A stretch of DNA of 32,000 nt from Corynebacterium glutamicum ATCC 13032 (GCF_000011325.1 NC_003450.3:2190001-2222000), one strand, 5' to 3'; shown: positions 1-11,073, counted from the first letter of the stretch. Numbers and translations: made by a program. Notes: generated by a model from the sequence alone, not told the origin.

Positions 1-439
1 GGCATGCGCCGTACCCAAGTTCTTCGCAGACAGGGTTAAACGGCAAGGTCAGACCAGCTTCATCAATGACAGACTGAAGCAGATCAATCTGGTCTTGGTT
101 AACCATTGGCAGCTCATCTTCGTCATCTGCTGCATCTTCACCAGTAACAAAGTCTGGATCGGCAGCAAAAACCTCAGAGACGTGCAGCGTCTTGGTTGGG
201 GTGAGTTCGCGGAGGCAGCGGGAGCACTGTCCCAGAAGCTGCGCTTCGATATCTGCTTCGACGGCCAGGCCTCCACCGAGTGGAATGATCTGGGCTTCTA
301 CGATAACTTTTCCGCCCTCGGGGATCGCGATCATTTCCGGACCAATGCGGGTCGGGCTTGGACCTGATTGGGTGAGGTGTTCCGGAAGGGCACTTCCACG
401 AAGGAGTGCGGCGACATCAAAAATAAATGGAGATTTCAT
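1..439 (-). CDS. DUF177/YceD-family protein (N-terminal part; 3' end runs off the left window edge)
   Basis: Absent from the ORF track because the window edge truncates it. My translation of the minus strand from ATG (439..437) is open to position 2: MKSPFIFDVAALLRGSALPEHLTQSGPSPTRIGPEMIAIPEGGKVIVEAQIIPLGGGLAVEADIEAQLLGQCSRCLRELTPTKTLHVSEVFAADPDFVTGEDAADDEDELPMVNQDQIDLLQSVIDEAGLTLPFNPVC... The CxxC followed by an acidic stretch is typical of DUF177. From memory, the same family neighbours the SepIVA-type gene in mycobacteria. Confidence 0.75.
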   Translation of the reverse strand, partial: MKSPFIFDVAALLRGSALPEHLTQSGPSPTRIGPEMIAIPEGGKVIVEAQIIPLGGGLAVEADIEAQLLGQCSRCLRELTPTKTLHVSEVFAADPDFVTGEDAADDEDELPMVNQDQIDLLQSVIDEAGLTLPFNPVCEELGYGAC

Positions 440-536
440 GACCAGGAAGATCCTACTCGTACCTCATCGTGACTACATACATCAGATGAGGATCGCTAGA
501 CGGAAAGGTGAAAAAGCCTAAATGGTTTCTTGGAAA

Positions 537-1328
537 CTAGTAGTCTCGATCGTCGCGTTCGTAGCCTCGTTCATAATCACGCTCGTAGTCCCGCTCATAT
601 TCACCACGCGCTGCCGGTTGCTCATCGCGCAGCTCGCGGCCAGTAGCTCCAGCTCCTCGGCGTAGTGCGGAACGATCAGCAGTGACAGAACGCAACGTGG
701 TGGACAGCGAGGTTTCAAACTCTGCCAACTTGGTATCCACGTAGTCATCGCATTCATTGCGCAGCTTGTTGGAGTCAGCGTGCGCTGCATCCACAATGCG
801 GTGTGCTTCTTCCGTGGAGCGACGCACCACTTCTGCCTCGCTGACCAGGCGATCCTGCTCGGCCTGGCCTTCAGCAACCGCGCGGCGATACGCATCATTG
901 CCGGAGTTGACCAGGCGCTCAGATTCAGCCTGGGCGCGCTCGGTGACGCTGTTTGCTTCTCGACGAGCGTCACTCACGATGCGATCCGCTGTGTCATTAG
1001 CCTTAGCAACGACAGAATGCGCATGCTTGGTGGCGTCTTCCACCATGGCATCTGACTCCTCAGTTGCGCGTGCAAGGAGGTTTCGGGCCTCGTTTTCTGC
1101 ATCGTCGACCAAGGCAATGGCCTTTTCTTCAGCTTCACGGATCACACCATCACGGTGGTCCAGCACATCTTGTGCATCATCAAGTTCTACAGGAAGCGCA
1201 TCACGTAAATCATCGAGAAGCGCAAGCACTTCCTGACGGGGAACCACGCAATTTCCGGTCATGGGAACGCCGTATGCGCGTTGAACGGCTTGAACTAAAT
1301 CATCCAGTGCTTCGAAGACCTTGTACAT
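537..1328 (-). CDS. DivIVA-domain coiled-coil protein, SepIVA-like (mycobacterial Rv2927c type)
   Basis: 263-aa ORF. The N-terminus MYKVFEALDDLVQAVQRAYGVPMTGNCVVPRQEVLALLDDLRDALPVELDDAQDVLDHRDG matches my memory of the conserved N-terminus of actinobacterial SepIVA/Rv2927c. The long A/E/R-rich helical body is followed by a C-terminal YERD-type tetrapeptide repeat. Confidence 0.75.
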   Translation of the reverse strand: MYKVFEALDDLVQAVQRAYGVPMTGNCVVPRQEVLALLDDLRDALPVELDDAQDVLDHRDGVIREAEEKAIALVDDAENEARNLLARATEESDAMVEDATKHAHSVVAKANDTADRIVSDARREANSVTERAQAESERLVNSGNDAYRRAVAEGQAEQDRLVSEAEVVRRSTEEAHRIVDAAHADSNKLRNECDDYVDTKLAEFETSLSTTLRSVTADRSALRRGAGATGRELRDEQPAARGEYERDYERDYERGYERDDRDY

Positions 1329-1542
1329 GGGGTTAATCGTACTGAAATCCTGTGAACCATGCGTATGGCGCGCCTAGGTCTCGGTGCGTATTTTCCGCAA
1401 AGCTCCACGTAGACGGTATTCGAAAACTTTTCCGATCAGCCCCGGGGGAAGGCCGTGTCGCATGCTCGGGCTAGCCTTGGATCTCAAGAAGAATTCGACT
1501 GGTTTAAAGTCTGGGCTTTAAGTGCAGAAAGGTTGTGGATTG

Positions 1543-3168
1543 ATGCGCTCCCTGCTTCGTGATATCCCTGCGGTGGGTTGGCTAATCACCGCGACGATTG
1601 TTGTGCGCACGCTCGTTGTTGCGCTGGTCATCGTTGGGATCGGCTTGCTTATCGACGTCCCCTCGCCCGCTCATTCAGCCATGTTGTGGTGGGTTCTGGC
1701 AGGTGCCACGGCAGCAGCTGCGCTGCTGTGCGCGGAAGCGGTGCTCCCCCAACGTATTCGTGCACGAGTTGAACGATCCTGGCGGCGGCAGTTGGCTGCT
1801 AAAAATCTGGAGCTGAATTCCAGTTCGTCAGATGATGCCCAGTTGATCACACTGGCAACTGAAGCCACCTCAAAAGCATCCACTTACACAGTGATGTTTC
1901 TGGGGCCTTACTTTGCAGTATTTTTGGCCCCACTGACAGTTATTGCCGTTGTCGGCGCGGCTATTTCCTGGCCGATTGCGGGGATACTGTGCCTCGGGTT
2001 GTGCGTGATACCTTTCGTTATTTCTTGGGCACAGCGCATGTTGAAAGGCGCTGGCGCGGGATACGGGCGAGCATCTGGGCAGTTGGCAGGCGTGTTTTTG
2101 GAATCGGTGCGCACACTAGGCACCACGATGATGCTGAATGCCGCTGGGCAGCGCAGGCAGATCATCACACAGCGCGCAGAGAATATGCGCTCCCAAGTGA
2201 TGTCATTGCTGTACCGAAATCAGTTGATGATTCTGGTGACCGACGGCGTGTTTGGAGTTGCCACCACAATGGTTGCTGCGGTGTTTGCCATTGGAGGATT
2301 CTTTTCAGGCTCTCTTACTCTCGGCCAAGCTGTAGCACTCGTATTGCTGGCCAGGCTGCTTATTGATCCCATCAACCGCATGGGTCGCACGTTTTACACC
2401 GGCATGGCAGGCAAACCCTCGCTGATCGCCATTGAAAAAGCCCTCGCGACAACCTTTACTGATCAGCCAACTCAACAGGGACAGCGCCACGATGGGGATC
2501 TGGTGGTCAACAACTTGAAGATCGCCCGCGATCACAGGGACATTGTGCACGGTATCTCTTTCAGCATTCCCCGCGGTTCCCACATCGCGGTGGTAGGTCC
2601 CAGTGGCGCTGGTAAATCCTCTGTGGCTCTAGCGTTGTCCGGACTTTTAGAGTTTGATGGTGCGATTTCCCTCGGCGGCCACAACTGTGAGATGTTAGAT
2701 CTTCGCGCCTCAGTCAGTTTCGTGCCCCAATCCCCCACGCTGTTTAGCGGAAGCATCAAAAGCAATATCGATCTGGCGCGCACGGGTGTTGATTCTGATC
2801 ACATCCACGCAGCACTTTTAGGCGAAGAACTCCCCGCGGACCTCAAAGTCGGTGAAACCGGCAAAGGTGTCTCCGGCGGCCAAGCAGCACGCATTTCCAT
2901 TGCCCGAGGTTTAGTAAAGAATGCTGCCGTGATTGTTCTCGACGAGGCGACCGCACAACTCGACTACACCAACGCCCGCCAGGTTCGACATCTTGCCAAA
3001 TCCCTTGAGTGCACGTTGGTTGAGATCACCCACCGCCCATCAGAAGCCCTCGATGCAGACTTCATCATTGTTTTAGAGGATGGCCAATTGACCATGATGG
3101 ATACACCCAGCAACGTTTCCCAGCACAATGCGTTTTTCCGCACCGCTGTGATGGAGGAAGAACAATGA
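1543..3168 (+). CDS. Fused permease-ATPase ABC exporter, subunit 1 (CydD-like architecture)
   Basis: The ORF 1522..3168 has an N-terminal polytopic membrane domain and a C-terminal NBD. NBD motifs: Walker A GPSGAGKSS, signature VSGGQAARISIARG, Walker B VIVLDEAT, H-loop EITHR. I prefer the ATG at 1543 (AAAGG about 12 nt upstream) over the GTG at 1522, but the start is uncertain. Confidence 0.85.
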   Translation: MRSLLRDIPAVGWLITATIVVRTLVVALVIVGIGLLIDVPSPAHSAMLWWVLAGATAAAALLCAEAVLPQRIRARVERSWRRQLAAKNLELNSSSSDDAQLITLATEATSKASTYTVMFLGPYFAVFLAPLTVIAVVGAAISWPIAGILCLGLCVIPFVISWAQRMLKGAGAGYGRASGQLAGVFLESVRTLGTTMMLNAAGQRRQIITQRAENMRSQVMSLLYRNQLMILVTDGVFGVATTMVAAVFAIGGFFSGSLTLGQAVALVLLARLLIDPINRMGRTFYTGMAGKPSLIAIEKALATTFTDQPTQQGQRHDGDLVVNNLKIARDHRDIVHGISFSIPRGSHIAVVGPSGAGKSSVALALSGLLEFDGAISLGGHNCEMLDLRASVSFVPQSPTLFSGSIKSNIDLARTGVDSDHIHAALLGEELPADLKVGETGKGVSGGQAARISIARGLVKNAAVIVLDEATAQLDYTNARQVRHLAKSLECTLVEITHRPSEALDADFIIVLEDGQLTMMDTPSNVSQHNAFFRTAVMEEEQ

Positions 3169-4697
3169 TTTCCCGACTTCTCCAATTGGCTAAGAAAGTA
3201 TGGCCGGAACTTGGAGCCTCCACGCTCCTGCGACTGCTCAATCAGCTACTCACCGCAGCACTCATTGTGTTCCCCGCCTGGGTGCTAAGCCGCAAACCAG
3301 ACATCTCCCTGCTCGCCGTCGCCATCATCATGGCGCTCATCGCGCTGACAGCAGCTGTCTGTCGCTGGGGTGAGCAGGTATGCGGCCACCGCGCTGCCTT
3401 TGGGCTGCTTGCCCACATGCGCGTTATGCTTTACGACGCCCTCGTCCACAAAGGTTCCCCCTCGCCGATCCACGGCAGCGGTTCGATCATGTCTGTTGCC
3501 ACCCGTGACATTAACTCCATCGAAGTATTCTTCGCGCACACCATTGGGCCTACAGTCACCGCAGTGCTGCTCAGTGCGGGAGGCGTGATCACGCTGGCAA
3601 CGCTCGATCCCGTTGCTGGTCTAATTGGTTTACTCGGTGTCCTCATCGCGTGGTTGATCCCCTTGATTGGAAAACAATCCTCAAGCAGTGAAGCCACATC
3701 ACGTGGACACATCGCCCAGCACCTCACCGAAGATGCCGCCGGCAGGCTTGAAATCAACTCACATGGAGCGCAAGCCACACGGTTAAATGCGCTCGAGGTG
3801 AAAGAGCAACAACTGGAACAAGTTGTGACCCGACAGGGCTTGATCGTCGGTATCCGTCAGGGCGCAGCACTTTTATGGCCGTGGATATCAGCTGTGTTGT
3901 TGGTTGCTCTGGTTCCTCATGTGGGCATTGTTGCAGCCGCGATTATCCTGGGCATCTCCCCTGCGTTGGATGCAGTTGAGGGATTTGCTCGCACCATGCC
4001 TACCGCGTTAAACAGTGCGCAGCGGTATTTCCAGATCATCGATGCCCCTGTTGCTATCGCTGAACCTGACGAGCCGAAGCCTTTGCCCAAAGGCCCGCTT
4101 AAGCTGCGAATTTCTAGAGTTCCAGTCAGCGCAAAGGGCACCGTGTCTTTAGAGGTTGCAGCTGGTGAACACATCGGCATCATCGGATCCAGCGGTAGTG
4201 GAAAATCCACTTTGGCCAAACTCATCCTCAAGCTGGCGCAACTACGGTCTGGAACCATCACCATCGGTGGTGTTGATATCGCAGAGGTTTCATCGGCGGA
4301 GCTTCGCAAATCCGTCACGCTGGTTGAGCAGAAATCTGTGCTGTTTAGAGCAAGCGTGCTGGAGAATTTACGGATGGGCAATCCAGAGCTGTCTGAAGAT
4401 GAAGCAAGGGAAGCCTTGAGGTTGGCGTCGATAAGCGAACTGCCTTTAGATGCTGACGCCCTGCGCCTATCTGGCGGACAGCAACAACGGCTCTGCCTGG
4501 CGCGTGCTTTGGCACGCACCCCTCAGGTACTGATTGTCGATGAAGCCACCAGCCACCAAGATGCGCTCAATCAAGCGGATCTTTCCCAGACTCTGGCCAC
4601 GCTTAAAGACACCACGGTGATCATCATTGCGCACCGCACAGCTGCATTAACCCATGTGGATCGGATAATTGACCTGGAAGAAATCAAAAATCCCTGA
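3165..4697 (+). CDS. Fused permease-ATPase ABC exporter, subunit 2 (CydC-like architecture)
   Basis: 510-aa ORF with a membrane domain plus NBD. NBD motifs: Walker A GSSGSGKST, signature LSGGQQQRLCLARAL, Walker B VLIVDEAT, H-loop IIAHR. An ATGA start/stop overlap with the upstream gene (3165..3168) implies a heterodimeric pair. Confidence 0.85.
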   Translation: MISRLLQLAKKVWPELGASTLLRLLNQLLTAALIVFPAWVLSRKPDISLLAVAIIMALIALTAAVCRWGEQVCGHRAAFGLLAHMRVMLYDALVHKGSPSPIHGSGSIMSVATRDINSIEVFFAHTIGPTVTAVLLSAGGVITLATLDPVAGLIGLLGVLIAWLIPLIGKQSSSSEATSRGHIAQHLTEDAAGRLEINSHGAQATRLNALEVKEQQLEQVVTRQGLIVGIRQGAALLWPWISAVLLVALVPHVGIVAAAIILGISPALDAVEGFARTMPTALNSAQRYFQIIDAPVAIAEPDEPKPLPKGPLKLRISRVPVSAKGTVSLEVAAGEHIGIIGSSGSGKSTLAKLILKLAQLRSGTITIGGVDIAEVSSAELRKSVTLVEQKSVLFRASVLENLRMGNPELSEDEAREALRLASISELPLDADALRLSGGQQQRLCLARALARTPQVLIVDEATSHQDALNQADLSQTLATLKDTTVIIIAHRTAALTHVDRIIDLEEIKNP

Positions 4698-4720
4698 TCC
4701 TTAACGCGGATCAGGGGTTT
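4692..4720. terminator. Bidirectional intrinsic terminator between the ABC pair and gdh
   Basis: Perfect 9-bp stem CCCTGATCC (4692..4700) / GGATCAGGG (4708..4716) with a 7-nt loop. It is flanked by an A-tract on the left (AAATCAAAAA, giving a U-run on the minus strand for gdh) and GTTT on the right. The ABC stop codon TGA (4695..4697) lies inside the stem. Confidence 0.75.
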
Positions 4721-4738
4721 AAGTAAAGCGCAGGGGTC

Positions 4739-6882
<2,144 letters not shown>

Positions 6883-8007
6883 ATGTCCAACTCCCCCACC
6901 GACGTTTCAACGAGCGCACCTCGAATTATGATCGCGCCAGATTCCTACAAAGGAACCGCTACCGCATCAGAAGCTGCGCAATACTTAGGCGAAGGCGTGT
7001 TGGAAATTTTGCCCAACGCCTCCATTACGTTGGCACCCATGGCCGACGGTGGCGAAGGAACATCCTCAGTTTTCGGCGGGCAGGTCATAACATTACCCAC
7101 GACAAATGCCGCGGGACGCCTCACCGAAGCCAGCTACACCTTAGATTCCGAAACAAACACTGCCTACATTGACATCGCCGCAGCCTCCGGTTTGCCCGCC
7201 GTTGCAGACGATCTAGTCCCCACCACCGGCGATACCTACGGCACCGGCGTTTTGATCGCAGACGCGGTCACCCGTGGCGCAACTCGCATTGCTTTAGGCC
7301 TTGGCGGATCAGCCACAACTGACGCCGGCTCAGGAATTCTCATCGCCCTCGGCGCCGTCCCACGCAACAAAGAGGGCTACGCACTACGAACCGGTGGCGC
7401 CGACCTCATCAACCTCGATTACATCGATACCGCCGAACTCAACATCCCCGCAGCCGCCGTCGAATGGATCCTGCTCACCGATGTCGACGCCCCCGCCACC
7501 GGCCCGCAGGGCGCGGCCACCGTATTCGGGCCCCAAAAAGGTGCCACCGAAAAAGACATTTCGCTTCTCGACGCCGCCCTCCACCACGCCTGCGCCCAAC
7601 TGGAAGTTGATGGCACAAAGCCAGGTATGGGCGCAGCCGGGGGCATTGCAATCGGACTGACGTGGCTGTCCACCCTCATGCACGGCAACGACCAACAGAT
7701 CCATATCCTCCCCGGCGCGCCACTGATTGCCCGCTCCAACGGAATCGAGGATGCGCTGCCAGAAACTGACTTGTTGATCACCGGTGAAGGCCGACTAGAT
7801 TCCCAATCGTTCACCGGAAAGGTTGTGGGCACCCTCCACGGTTTAGCTAAAGCCCACGATGTGGATCTCGCTGTTGCGGCCGGCATCGTGGAAGGCGGTA
7901 TTCCCGATGATTTCCTAGCGGTAGAAATGATTAAATCCTCCGACGTTGCAGCACAATTACGTGATGCAGGCCGAAGGATCGCTCAAGAATACGTAGCTCA
8001 AAACTAG
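6883..8007 (+). CDS. glxK: Glycerate kinase
   Basis: Glycerate kinase family hallmarks: IMIAPDSYKGT near the N-terminus, PMADGGEGT, and ITGEGRLDSQSFTGKV near the C-terminus. I prefer the start at ATG 6883 (MSNSPTDV, GAAAGG about 12 nt upstream) over the longest ORF start at 6784. Confidence 0.85.
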   Translation: MSNSPTDVSTSAPRIMIAPDSYKGTATASEAAQYLGEGVLEILPNASITLAPMADGGEGTSSVFGGQVITLPTTNAAGRLTEASYTLDSETNTAYIDIAAASGLPAVADDLVPTTGDTYGTGVLIADAVTRGATRIALGLGGSATTDAGSGILIALGAVPRNKEGYALRTGGADLINLDYIDTAELNIPAAAVEWILLTDVDAPATGPQGAATVFGPQKGATEKDISLLDAALHHACAQLEVDGTKPGMGAAGGIAIGLTWLSTLMHGNDQQIHILPGAPLIARSNGIEDALPETDLLITGEGRLDSQSFTGKVVGTLHGLAKAHDVDLAVAAGIVEGGIPDDFLAVEMIKSSDVAAQLRDAGRRIAQEYVAQN

Positions 8008-8402
8008 CGAAGGATCTCCACAGTCCATGGGTAGACTGCAGGAACTTCATAGGCAAGTTCCTGCTCCAGGAGGAAAGCGTCCTTTGGCAACTCTGCTGGC
8101 GGGGTGAGCAAACGGGCAAAAATCATGGTCACTTGGTTAACGGAGCCTTTAACTCCATCAACTTCAATGAGGTAACGGTTGACCGAGGATTCTTCCAAGT
8201 CTGCATCTTCATGCTCGTCGCGGTAAGTCTGGCGAAGCTGCTCTTCCACAGCTTCTGCGATTTTCGCTGCTGGATCATGGACAACAACGCCATGATCCAT
8301 GAGGCCTTTTTCGATCAAAAGGTTGGCGACTACGGTAAAACGTCCCGCTAGTGCGATGGAATCTGTGTCGGGGACTAAAACATCAAACTGAATCTTCGGC
8401 AT
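8004..8402 (-). CDS. Small acidic hypothetical protein (about 132 aa)
   Basis: Taking the ORF 8004..8504 from its GTG start would overlap the divergent gene. An internal ATG at 8402 (MPKIQFDVLVPDTDS...) removes the overlap. I recognised no family. The start is uncertain, and the stop codon overlaps the glxK stop. Confidence 0.5.
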   Translation of the reverse strand: MPKIQFDVLVPDTDSIALAGRFTVVANLLIEKGLMDHGVVVHDPAAKIAEAVEEQLRQTYRDEHEDADLEESSVNRYLIEVDGVKGSVNQVTMIFARLLTPPAELPKDAFLLEQELAYEVPAVYPWTVEILR

Positions 8403-8432
8403 AACACCACAGTAGACAATAGCCTTGGTGTT

Positions 8433-9761
8433 ATGACTAGCCCCCATTCTTTTTCTGTCACCCCCATTCGCACCATGGCTGACGGCACGATCAAACAGAT
8501 TCACCCTTTCACAGGCACCGAAGTGTGGACGGTCCCTGGGCGTGGAAATCGACCTCTGTCACATCCCGCTTCTACGATCGTCGAACTATCTGCACACGAT
8601 CACACCTCTTACTGTGCATTTTGTTCCGACAATATGCTCTCCACTCCGCCTGAGAAATCGCGCATCATCATTGATAGCTCCGGCGACTTTGACATCCTTC
8701 CCGGAGCATTGCCTGGTGAGCTTTCAGAAACCACTCCGGAATTTCGACGAGTCCCCAATCTGTTTGAGATTGTCTCTTTTGACTACTGGCACCAGAATTT
8801 TGGTTTCGATATGGATTCAGAAACCGCCATGCGCATGGCGCAATACTTGGCGATTCCAGAAGGTCGCGAACATGTTTTAGCCATTGTGCGCACCCGACTT
8901 TCTGCCGCTGGTGAAGATCCCGCGCACATGACCGATGGCGAGTTGTTAGAAAAAGCTCCCAGCTACTTTGCTGGTGGTCATGACGTCATCATCGGACGCC
9001 GACACTTTGTCGATGACGCAACCACCAGTGATCAATTGGCCTCATCTGGAACACTGACCGTTAAAGAGCATGAGGCGTTCATCCGCCTGACTGTCGATGG
9101 CATCAGGGATTTGTACCACCGCAACCGTTACGCACCGTATGTAGTGGCGTTTCAAAACTGGTTGAAACCCGCCGGCGCGTCTTTTGACCATCTTCATAAA
9201 CAGCTCGTCGCCATTGATGAACGCGGCCGACTTATTGCCGATGAACTGCATCATCTACGTGGCAATCCCAATATGTACAACGAACTTGCTGTTGATTACG
9301 CCGGATACCACAACCTGATCATCGCGGAAAACGATCACGCCGTGGCCTTCGCAGGTTTCGGTCACCGCTACCCCACCATTGAGATTTACTCTAAGTCCGC
9401 TATTCCTGAACCCTGGCTTCAAAGCGACGAGGAAATCCAAGCGATGAGCAACCTCATCCATGCATGCCATGCTGCAACCGGCGCAGATGTACCCTGCAAT
9501 GAGGAATGGGTACACAAACCAATCGATGTTGATATGCCAATGCCCTGGCATGTGATGATCAAATGGCGTGTTTCTACCCTGGCAGGTTTTGAAGGTGGCA
9601 CCAAGGTGTATCTCAATACGCTGTCTCCACACAAGGTCCGAGACCGTGTGGTGAAAGAAATGTACCGACTACGCGATGAAGAACTCATCGCATCTGATCT
9701 GCGCATCGCCATGGAATGCTCCGTTGAACGCAACAGCCTTAAATACAATCCCCTCCTATAA
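8433..9761 (+). CDS. GalT-like HIT-superfamily nucleotidyltransferase/phosphorylase of unknown substrate
   Basis: 442-aa ORF. It has a CxxC Zn-knuckle (YCAFC, 8613..8624) and the GalT-branch active-site motif HxHxQ (DHLHKQ, 9186..9203). It is longer than classical GalT. The start is ambiguous (ATG 8433 or ATG 8475, MADGTIKQIHPF) and neither has a clear SD. Confidence 0.7.
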   Translation: MTSPHSFSVTPIRTMADGTIKQIHPFTGTEVWTVPGRGNRPLSHPASTIVELSAHDHTSYCAFCSDNMLSTPPEKSRIIIDSSGDFDILPGALPGELSETTPEFRRVPNLFEIVSFDYWHQNFGFDMDSETAMRMAQYLAIPEGREHVLAIVRTRLSAAGEDPAHMTDGELLEKAPSYFAGGHDVIIGRRHFVDDATTSDQLASSGTLTVKEHEAFIRLTVDGIRDLYHRNRYAPYVVAFQNWLKPAGASFDHLHKQLVAIDERGRLIADELHHLRGNPNMYNELAVDYAGYHNLIIAENDHAVAFAGFGHRYPTIEIYSKSAIPEPWLQSDEEIQAMSNLIHACHAATGADVPCNEEWVHKPIDVDMPMPWHVMIKWRVSTLAGFEGGTKVYLNTLSPHKVRDRVVKEMYRLRDEELIASDLRIAMECSVERNSLKYNPLL

Positions 9762-9807
9762 GCCAAGAGTTTTAGTGTCGCTGCGCAGGTACTCTACTAT
9801 CTAATCC

Positions 9808-11073
9808 ATGAGCCGCATTTCAGAACTTCTAAACAATCATGGTGTTGATCTGTCGTGGCAAGAGGCCGCATATCAGGATTTCCACGAACATCCTGAGCTC
9901 TCCGGCTTCGAATCAGAGACCGCAGATCGCATTCAGAAATACCTCGAGCGTTTTGATTGTGAGGTGATTCCAAATGTTGGCGGTTACGGCATTCTGGCCG
10001 TGTTCCGAAATGGGTCGACAGATCCTGGTGCCCCTGTTGCGTTAATGCGCGCAGATTTCGATGGCCTTCCCGTCAAGGAAATCACCGGAGTTCCGTTTGC
10101 TTCCACTCGTATGCGTCCGCATGATGGGGCAAATGTCCATGTCATGCACGCATGCGGCCACGATGTCCACGTCACCGCGCTGCTTGGTGCGTGTGCCATT
10201 TTAGATGAGCGTCGCGATGCATGGGAAGGCACGTTCATCGCGTTGTTCCAGCCATCGGAGGAAAACTCCCAAGGCGCTAACAAGATGGTCGCCGGCGGTT
10301 TAGTTGATCTGATCCCACGCCCTGATGTGTGCTTTGGCCAGCATGTAGTCCCCGGTGCTGCAGGAACCGTGATGAGCATGCCTGGCGGTGCTCTCGCTGC
10401 CTGCGATTCCATTGAAATCCGCATTCAGGGTCGCAGCGCCCATGGTTCCATGCCTCATAATTCCATCGATCCCACTTATGTTGCAGCGATGATTGTCGTG
10501 CGACTCCAAGGAATCGTGGGCCGCGAGGTTTCTCCAGAGGATTTCGCCGTTATTTCTGTGGGCACCCTCCAGTCGGGCAACACCAACAACACCATTCCAG
10601 CAAGTGCTCGTTTGGTGTTGAACTGCCGTTTCTACAACGACAAAGTCAAGCACAAGGTCTACCGAGCCATCGAACGTGTTGTCCGTGGTGAATGCCTTGC
10701 TTCCGGTATTGAGGAAGAACCTGTCATTGAGTACTTCGCCCACGGTGATCTCACCAACAACACCCCTGTTGTCTTCGATACTGTGCGCCCTGTCTTCGAC
10801 GATGTTTTCGGCGAGGATTCTATTGACGCTTACCGGTGGACTGCGTCGGAGGATTTCCCCTCCATTCCTAAGGCATTCAACAGCCCTTACCTGTACTGGA
10901 CGATTGGTGTCACGCCGCGCGATCAGTGGACAGAAGCCGTAGAAAGAGACCGCGTGGCATCGGATGTGCCAGCCAATCACATGGGAGATTTCCTCCCTGA
11001 TTATGCGCCGACGATGTCCGCTGCCACCCGCGCAGCCGCAGCCGCGCTGCTGACCTACTTGGGAACTAACTAA
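9808..11073 (+). CDS. M20-family amidohydrolase (N-acyl-amino-acid / hippurate hydrolase-like)
   Basis: 421-aa ORF with M20D-type metal-binding context (MHACGHDVH, FQPSEE) and the dimerisation-domain pattern typical of aminoacylases. Confidence 0.8.
   Translation: MSRISELLNNHGVDLSWQEAAYQDFHEHPELSGFESETADRIQKYLERFDCEVIPNVGGYGILAVFRNGSTDPGAPVALMRADFDGLPVKEITGVPFASTRMRPHDGANVHVMHACGHDVHVTALLGACAILDERRDAWEGTFIALFQPSEENSQGANKMVAGGLVDLIPRPDVCFGQHVVPGAAGTVMSMPGGALAACDSIEIRIQGRSAHGSMPHNSIDPTYVAAMIVVRLQGIVGREVSPEDFAVISVGTLQSGNTNNTIPASARLVLNCRFYNDKVKHKVYRAIERVVRGECLASGIEEEPVIEYFAHGDLTNNTPVVFDTVRPVFDDVFGEDSIDAYRWTASEDFPSIPKAFNSPYLYWTIGVTPRDQWTEAVERDRVASDVPANHMGDFLPDYAPTMSAATRAAAAALLTYLGTN

Noticed and set aside
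757-1236. 159-aa plus-strand ORF (plus 780..1055 and 1064..1336)
   Set aside because: Antisense to the SepIVA-like coiled-coil gene. The repetitive A/E/R codons keep the opposite frames open by chance.
3917-4519. 200-aa minus-strand ORF
   Set aside because: Antisense to the NBD of the second ABC exporter, which carries canonical Walker and signature motifs; a shadow ORF.
10300-10980. 226-aa minus-strand ORF
   Set aside because: Antisense to the M20 amidohydrolase; a shadow ORF.
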